DNA from: Pecten maximus
Taxonomy: Eukaryota
Direction: 5' to 3'
Length of the DNA stretch: 64,000 bases
Assembly (NCBI RefSeq): GCF_902652985.1
Contig: NC_047030.1
Coordinates: 21,514,001 to 21,578,000, forward strand
The notes under the pieces were generated by a model. The model ran no database searches, was not told where the DNA came from, and saw only the letters and a program-made list of their open reading frames with translations. Below are positions 55,879 to 64,000 of this stretch, in pieces (the stretch's first letter is position 1; each line of letters opens with the position of its first letter). The position numbers were made by a program, and so were the translations under genes.

Positions 55879-57669
55879 TTTTAGCCCACCATCATCAGAT
55901 GGTGGGCTATTCAAATCGCCCTGCGTCCGTGGTCCGTCCGTCCGTCCGTCCGTAAACAATTCTTGTTATCGCTATTTCTCAGAAAGTACTGAAGGGATCT
56001 TTCTCAAATTTCATATGTAGGTTCCCCTTGGTGCCTAGTTATGCATATTGCTATTTGAGACCAATCAGAAAACAACATGGCCGACAGGCAGCCATCTTGG
56101 ATTTTGACAATTGAAGTTTGTTATTGCAATATCTCAGAAAGTACTGAAGGGATCTTTCTCAAATTTCATATGTAGGTTCCTCTTGGTGCCTAGTTATGCA
56201 TATTGCTTTTTGAGACCAATCAGAAAACAACATGGCCGACAGGCAGCCATCTTGGATTTTGACAATTGAATTTTGGTATCGCTATTTCTCAGAAAGTACT
56301 GAAGGGATCATTCTCAAATTTCATATGAAGGTTCCCCTTGGTGCCTAGTTATGCATATTGCGTTTTGAGACCAATCGGATAACAACATGGCCGACAGGCA
56401 GCCATCTTGGATTTTGACAATTGAAGTTTGTTATCGCTATTTCTCAGAAAGTACTGAAGGGATCATTCTCAAATTTCATATGAAGGTTCCCCTTGGTGCC
56501 TAGTTATGCATATTGCGTTTTGAGACCAATCGGATAACAACATGGCCGACAGGCAGCCATCTTGGATTTTGACAATTGAAGTTTGTTATCGCTATTTCTC
56601 AGAAAGTACTGAAGGGATCATTCTCAAATTTCATATGAAGGTTCCCCTTGGTGCCTAGTTATGCATATTGCGTTTTGAGACCAATCGGATAACAACATGG
56701 CCGACAGGCAGCCATCTTGGATTTTGGCAATTGAAGTTTGTTATCGCTATTTCTGAGAAAGTACTGAATGGATCTTTCTCAAATTTCATATGTAGGTTCC
56801 CCTTGGTAACATGTTATACATATTGCTTTTTGAGACCAATCAGAAAACAACATGGCCGACAGGCAGCCATCTTGGATTTTGACAATTGAAGTTTGTTATC
56901 GCTATTTCTGAGAAAGAACTGAATGGATCTTTCTCAAATTTCATATGTAAGTTTCCCTTGGTGCCTAGTTATACATATTGCGTTTTGAGACCAATCTGAA
57001 AACAACATGGCCGACAGGCAGCCATCTTGGATTTTGACAATTGAAGTTTGTTATCACTATTTCTCAGAAAGTACTGAATGGATCTTTCTCAAATTTCATA
57101 TGTAAGTTTCCCTTGGTGCCTAGTTATGCATATTGCATTTTGAGACCAATCTGAAAATAACATAACCGACAGGCAGCCATCTTGGATTTTGACAATTGAA
57201 GTTTGTTATCGCTATTTCTGAGAAAGTACTGAAGGGATCTTTCTCAAATTTCATATGGAAGTTCCCCTTGGTGCCTCGTTATGCTTATTGCATTTTGAGA
57301 TCAATTGGAAAACAATATGGCCGACAGACCACCATCTTGGATTTTGACAATTGAAGTTTGTTATCTCTATTTCTCAAAGTACTGAATGGATCTTTCTCAA
57401 CTTTCATAAGTAGGTTCCCCTTGGTCCATTGTATTGCATTTTTGGACCAGTCTGTCCTGAAAACAACCTGGCAAACAAACAGCCATTATCGTTAAATCTC
57501 AAATTTCTTATATAGCTAGGATTCCCTTGTTTGAAAAGTACTGGAGGGATGTCTCAATTTGCACAGATTAGTAAAATGAAGGGAAAAGTAGAGAAAAGAT
57601 CAATCTGACATGGAACCTATGAAGATCATTCAATGGTGGGCGCCAAGATCCCTCTGGGATCTCTTGTTA
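55879..57669 (+). mobile_element. HINE/DINE-1/pearl-like (Helentron-related) non-autonomous element carrying ~10 x 155-bp satellite units
   Basis: 5' tttagcccaccatc...gatggtgggcta hairpin and (GTCC)n; 155-bp period (55965, 56120, 56275...57360); 3' atggtgggcg followed by the gatccctctgggatc hairpin and ttgtt. Confidence 0.88.
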
Positions 57670-58209
57670 TGGATATTTCTTGTATTTTGTATGTAGGTTC
57701 TACTTGGTCTCTAGTTGTGTATAGTTAATTCTGAGACTGACTGGAAAACAAGATGGTCAATAGGCAGCCATTAGGAATGGTGACAGTTGAAGTTTGTAAT
57801 GGAAGTTTTCCCTGGATCTTTCTCAAATTTCAGAAGTAGGTTCTTTTGCATCAGTTATAATTTGTTTAATTTTTTATCCTTATTTCACCGAGTTTTTGAT
57901 GGAACTTTCTCAGATTTTATAGGTGTAGGCTTCCCTTGTTTTCAAATGTTATGACAAAGATGAGAAAAGTAGATAAAAGATCAGTCTTACAGAGATCCAA
58001 TAAAGGTCATCCATTGGTGGGTGCCAAGATCCTTATGGGATGTCTTGTTGTAGAATGAAACAAATTTGTTGTACTTGCTTGTTTCTAGTGCTTGTACATA
58101 TAAGGAGTGTTTCTCATAAACAAGAGGCCCAGATGGCCTGTATCACTCACCTGGTTGGATTTGACCAAACATCAAAGTAATGTTCAATTCATAGCTTTAT
58201 TTGTTGATG

Positions 58210-58384
58210 GCTATTCCATTAAAATATCTACCTGACCCCAGGACTCCAAAATAAATCACTTCTATCCATGTTTGGGTTTCCTTCCTATTACTTCTATGTA
58301 ATTGATCAAATAAATGCTATGGGTAGTATCCCTTAACGAAACCTGGAGTCCTGGGGGTGGATAGATGTTTTACTGGAATAGCCC
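58210..58384. mobile_element. MITE
   Basis: Terminal inverted repeats ggctattccattaaaatatcta...ccccaggactcca / tggagtcctgggg...tagatgttttactggaatagcc. Confidence 0.75.
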
Positions 58385-59754
58385 AAAGGAGTGTTCTAAT
58401 AATTAATGGAGAAAAGCTATTGGTAGAAATAAGATAAAGATAATATCTTTTGTATTACATATTTACTGTACAGTACAACAGAAATTAATACACAAGTATT
58501 AACAAGTCAGCTGTGTATGTAGTTAGACAATTTTACAGTTTGACAAATGATAGTAAAGACTTGGGTTACTCGACATATAAAAACTGTTAAAAGATGCATA
58601 TAAACTGGGGTTACCGTTTTCCCAAAATATCATGTGTAAAAGAAATAAAATTTATTAATCAAGCACAGGTTCAACACCTCTTGACTTCATGGTATAATTC
58701 AACATATTCAGCACTAAACAGTGTCATACTTCAAATTAAAATCATCCATTCATAATAATGAACAAGTGTTTGTGAAAATATGTGGAAATCATTGACCAAT
58801 CGGAAGACAGTATGATATGCGAATAAGTTAGGCAGTCAGCTCAGCTTTAGCATAATATATATTTTAATAGCCCAGCTATCTTAAAAGGAAAAGTCCAGAA
58901 GGCTGGAGCAACACTTTATCATAAAACTGCATATCTATGTAGATAACAGACTGAATACTATCATACATTGTTAAAATTATGATGAACATACACAAAATGT
59001 AAAGAACTTATGATGTAACAAAACACAACCAAACATAATGAAAGTCTTCAGAAAGATCTGCCAATATCAGAGAGGACATCTCTGGACAAAATTAAAATAC
59101 TGAACTATTAAAATAAGGGATAGGTGTCTCGGAAACAAGAACTGCAGATAAACCAATTGTTCTGTTCGATTCTTTCCTCTTCACCATACATGTAAATAAT
59201 CAATTCAATATACCATACCAAAGGTCCAACACCAGTGCCGAAAGTTGTGATGCTATAACATTGACATGCATTAGCAATGCTTAACTGTATCCTAATCAAA
59301 AACTTCTCGCACAGACAGACAAGCTGATTACAGTGTAATATTCTCATTCATTGGATATAAATATGAAGGATTTCAAGCTGATCATTCTTCGTATAATTGT
59401 GCCAAATTGAAACTTGAAACAAAAACAGCAATATCTAGAACTCAAAACGATCCCTCTAACCCAACACAATCATACCTAATTTTACATATGTACACTTTCA
59501 TAAATAGAGCAGTACCTAGTTTAACTCATTTAGGTCAGTACATGGATATGCCAGTATCTTGATAATATTATCTATATTTAAAGTATTCATTTATTATTTT
59601 ATTTCACAATGAAACACATTTCATCACAAGATCATTTTCGAGTTATTTTATTAATTGAATTACTTGGAAATAGATATTTGTTAGCTAATCACAGTATTAG
59701 TCTGACTTTAAAAGATAAAATACCACTGGGCTAGTATAAATTAGAAGGAATCTG

Positions 59755-62700
59755 TCACTGCGTTTTACACGCCTCCGTATTGTCCGTTTCCTCGCACGGC
59801 TTTATCACTTTGGTCATCCTCTGTCCTTTTGGTTTTGAAGAAGCAGATTCCTTCATTAATTTTGTCTTACTTTCACGGTCACAGTTTGACGAGAGTTTGT
59901 CTGTCCGTTTTCCCTCCGTCACAATCTACTACCATCACACTGTCAGCTATAGACACAGATCTCACTTTGGATGTCTCACATTTCTTTGGAATATCATTCT
60001 TCAATGATTTGTCTGACTGGTTATGGTTTGGAGGTGGTTTATTTTCATCTGTCGTTGGACGTAATTGGTCTTCTTTACTTTTCGTGGTCTGTTCAGGCAC
60101 TTGGCGTGTAGGGGCCCCGGTACGACTCATATTAATAGTCTGCTCAGGAAGTACATCAACTTGTAATTTCTCGACGATATATCTTTTCTTTTGAGCACCT
60201 TTGTTTTTCGCAGATTCTGAAATAAAGACATCACATGATAATTCATCATCCAATTGCCAGGTTAGAAATGAGGGATAGAACATGGACATACTCTACCTAG
60301 GTAAATGAGACAATGAAATATTCAAACTACGAAAAAGAGACGGGATCAAATTCTAAATTGAAACCAGAAATGTCATGGATGTCTGCACTAACATGATGAA
60401 AGTGTCATTATTTGTTGATTTTCTATGAATTGTTAAAGTGACATTGACCTTGTGACAGAAAGGACCAGACATGGATAACCCTAAATCTCCCTCCCCCACA
60501 TAAAATCATTTTGATGATGTTCACCAGTACTGGGTAGTTATGTTAACCTGAATCCTGCTATTTCAGCCAATTTGATCCTTTTTTGACCGGCCCCCAATCA
60601 GCCTTTTTGCCCTCTAGAGGTTAGTAAGGAGTAATATTGTGTACATACCATTAAACCAAGTTTAAATCATTTCCAATGGAAATTCAACAAATGATGCTCA
60701 AATGTAATTTTCCTATATAAATTACATTAATTTTACCCCATCCTCAGGGAGAAAAGTGATATATTGGTATATATATTGGAATTTTGGTAAAGCATCTGAA
60801 GACCCTTCCATATAAGAAGAGTATTTGTTTCCACCACATCTTGGTCTTGAAAAGAAGATTTTTATGTCCACTACACCTACAGCCATCAGTTTTCATCCCT
60901 TGTTGTCATCGTGTGCCATTCATAAACTTTTCACATTTCAAATTTCCAAAAGTTTTACCTGTGGGATCCTGCTCAAACTTGCCTGAAATGATCCTTACAA
61001 GGTGTTGTTATTTTTAAAACTGTTCCAAATTGCCGTATACCTCTATACTACGAGTGAGTATGAATGTTACATTAGTACTAGAGTATTAAGATGTCTTAAG
61101 GCCCGGGGCATGGAAGGTTTCTGCAAAACATTGTAATTGGTTCAGGATTTTCTGAGAAGTTGAAAATGTAAACTGTTTATGAATGGAGGATGACAGACAA
61201 ATTCAGCGATTGCAATAGGTCACTTGAGACTTAGTCTCAGGCGACGGGAAAAAAAAGGAGAAAATATAACATGATAATTATGAACCAACGAGTAAGCTTG
61301 ACACCTATGCTGTAATGAGATCATCTCTGACTTCAGATGGAGACTGGAGCCCAGGACTTACCTGGACTAATGAACTTGTTACTTATTCCTCTTCTGAAGA
61401 TTGGGACTCGGGACTTACCTGGACTAATGTACAAGTTACTTATTACTCTTCTGAAGATTGGGACTAGGGACTTACCTGGATCATACTTTTGTAGAAGGTT
61501 GTCATATTTCAGCTGCATCCGGAGACATTTATTGTGAATTTTTTCTCTTTCACTTTCAGCATTATATAACTTTCTTTCCAACTTTGATTTCTCATTCTTC
61601 GTGTCGAGGAGTTGTAAGTCTGCATCGCGCAGCTCACTCTGCAAGTTTTCATTTTCTTGACTACAAAAGAAATGAAGACAATGAATCATGAAGTAGGTAG
61701 AATTATAAAACCTACTATGATGACAAACTATATATTCAACATAAACACTTCACATAAACAACCCTAACATATCACATTAAGTGTTGAATTGCTATGCTAT
61801 CAGACATCACTTTTTAGGGCCATTTCATAATTATCCATGTGAAAGGAGTGGGAGGGATTTTTAAGGCTGTACCAAAATTATCCGTGTGGAAGGGGTGGGA
61901 GGCATTTTAAGGCTGTACCAAAATTATCCACGTGGAAGGGGTGCGAGGCATTTTTAGAGCTGTACCAAAATCATCCATGTGGAAGGGGTAGGGGGTATTT
62001 CAGGGCTGTACCAAAATTAGCCATATGGTAGGGGTGGGATGCATTTTAAGGGATGTACCAAAATTACCCATGTGGAAGGGGTAGGAGGTATTATTTTAGA
62101 GACCCTACTATCATCAAATAATAAAACATCTTTAGTATAATGAAATCTAGAAGACAGGGATTTACCTCCGCCATCCATCCAGTTTTAATACAAGTGCCTT
62201 CCACCCTCCCATTTATTTTGGAATATCCCTAATACTTATATTACACAACATGGTTCATTAAATTTTTGTCAAACTCTGCCATAGCCGGTGTTGAGAAAGG
62301 AGGAGGGGAGCACCAACTGACAACATCTAACAGTCAGCCCGAACTAATGTTCTAACCTAGAGTCGTGAGTAGAGGTTGTAACCTAAATCGAGACTTTAAA
62401 CCTGCAACATCAACATCATCATCATTAAATTTTAGAATGGTAACACAAACTCTTTTATGTGGATGACTTACTCCTTTGATTTTACCATGGCGATGAGATA
62501 ATTTGTGAAGGCTTTGTCACCACCTGTCTGGTCACCAGTTTCTTTTGTTTCCATGCCTAAAATGCAAGGATACAACATCTTAGAATTACAACACTATTCC
62601 ATACAAATAGGTATGTCGGAAGAATGCCGACTACCTGGATATTATCACCTGCTCTCGCATGAACAAGAGATTCGAGAGGGATTACCAAGCCAACCATCCA

Positions 62701-63543
62701 TGGTCATAAAAACAAACCACAGTAAGATCATGCTTGTTATCATTAAGAGGGTTTAATCATGTACAGAAGTCGTACTGTGAGTTATTGGGTATAGATGTTC
62801 ACCAGAGTTAAATGGAGTTATATTTACTTACCCGCAAATTGATCAAAGAAGTTTTCGGTCTGGTTTTTCTATAACAAAAATTGTCGTATTAAAAAAAGAA
62901 CTTGTTGTCTGACAGATATAATGAACACAGAAGCTAGTGACTAAAGATTACGTAGTGTTAGAATGTTAGAATATCAAAATATCCATCAATTTACAAAAAA
63001 CAAAGTTTCAGTTCTGTGATCCTTGATATTTAGTCATGTGATTTCAAAGTTCTTTATTTATTCTATCTGATAATGACCTAGGGGTCAGATGACTGGGGGT
63101 CAGGAGTCAAATGACTGGGTCAGAGTTCAGAAGACTGGAAGTCAGATGACTGAAATGTAAACAGTGAACATTTCCAGGATATTTCTGTTTTTACATCTAT
63201 ACAAGATTTCATCAAAACGTGTCATCAAATATGCCCTATAAATCAATGTCAACCAATTTTTCACAGATAGATACAGACAATTCCTTTACCAAGTGTAAAA
63301 GACAGATACTTGTAGACAGGTTTGTCTTTGCTACTTAATATAATGTTTCCCCCCTAAAATATCTATCAATAAATTTGATGCTTTATTTCAAATTGACCAT
63401 ACCACTTTGCTCTCCAGTGTGTACTTTTCTTCGTTGAGACGAGTGATTTTTGCGCGAGCCTGTGAGAGCTGTGACTCGAGCTGTTTGATCCGGTCGCCAT
63501 CTGCTTCCCCTCGACTTGAGTGAAGGAGAATCATCATCTGGCT
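59755..63543 (-). CDS. SPDL1: Protein Spindly, 3' exons (the 5' part lies beyond the window); 1-nt frameshift in the last exon
   Basis: Exons 63543-63403, 62868-62832, 62556-62472, 61660-61476 and 60216-59755, phases consistent. Coiled coil with ERKLYNAE...KYDPE...KKR...EKLQVD, matching human ERKLFANE...KYEPE...KKRREVLPVD as recalled. The shifted frame ends in the CaaX motif CKTQ*. Confidence 0.85.
61825..62100. repeat. ~45-46 bp intronic minisatellite (ggctgtaccaaaattatccatgtggaaggggtgggagg...)
   Basis: About 6 units. Confidence 0.85.
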
Positions 63544-64000
63544 CTGGGAAAATTTTATAAAATGCAGAATAGAGTCATTTTAAGCATTACTGCAGAGTGT
63601 GAACAAAAAAAAACTTCAGTTTAAAAGCAGCAAGTATACTACAATTTTTAGCCATGGATGTGTCCTCTGTACGATCAAAATTATTGAGACTATGAAAAAA
63701 CAACTTTTTGTGTGGAAGGCTAAAAGCAGATATATTGATTTAATAAAGTGTCAATTTGACTTTTGTTTTTCATGCCTAGATTGCAGTTCTTAATACAGTA
63801 CCCAGAGAAAATCTGTGTGTTTGAGCAGGTGATCCCATACTTTTTCTCATCCAATCGGGAAATCAAACCCAAACAGCCTATTTGAAAGGCAATTGTGTTA
63901 CCACAGTGCCACTCGATAATATGACAGTGAAACCTTTTGGTTAGTGGCAGCCTTTCTGGACACCAAGCAACTGATGACTGCCGCTGACAAAGATTGCTAA

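Noticed and set aside
59755-59770. CENP-E call from the CKTQ ending
   Set aside because: The upstream exons match Spindly's coiled-coil end, not CENP-E.

Overview
AT-rich animal genomic DNA with spliced genes. The repeat landscape (Meta-, V- and CORE-type tRNA SINEs, a HINE/pearl-like element) suggests a mollusc, probably a bivalve; this is an inference. I rebuilt six genes by hand from GT-AG junctions with consistent phases. (1) A secreted FAD-dependent polyenoic/linoleate fatty-acid-isomerase-like gene (minus, 2889-15424); its signal-peptide exon plus upstream DNA is tandemly amplified six times (15372-24736). (2, 3) Two tandem 9-exon paralogs of an uncharacterised secreted ~626-aa protein with a class II terpene-cyclase-like DxDDT motif (27694-34593 intact; 36429-42570 with a 1-nt insertion). 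(4) A signal-less Gly-X-Thr collagen-like membrane protein with a Tyr/Gly/Asn-repeat tail (45514-48447). (5) ANKRD46 (plus, 52940-54144). (6) The 3' part of Spindly/SPDL1 (minus), whose CKTQ farnesylation motif lies behind a 1-nt frameshift. The best candidate for a new system is the co-oriented group of secreted lipid-modifying enzymes. A second recurring signal is tandem duplication anchored on splice sites or the stop codon in five of the six genes. Homology calls rest on motif recall, not on database searches.
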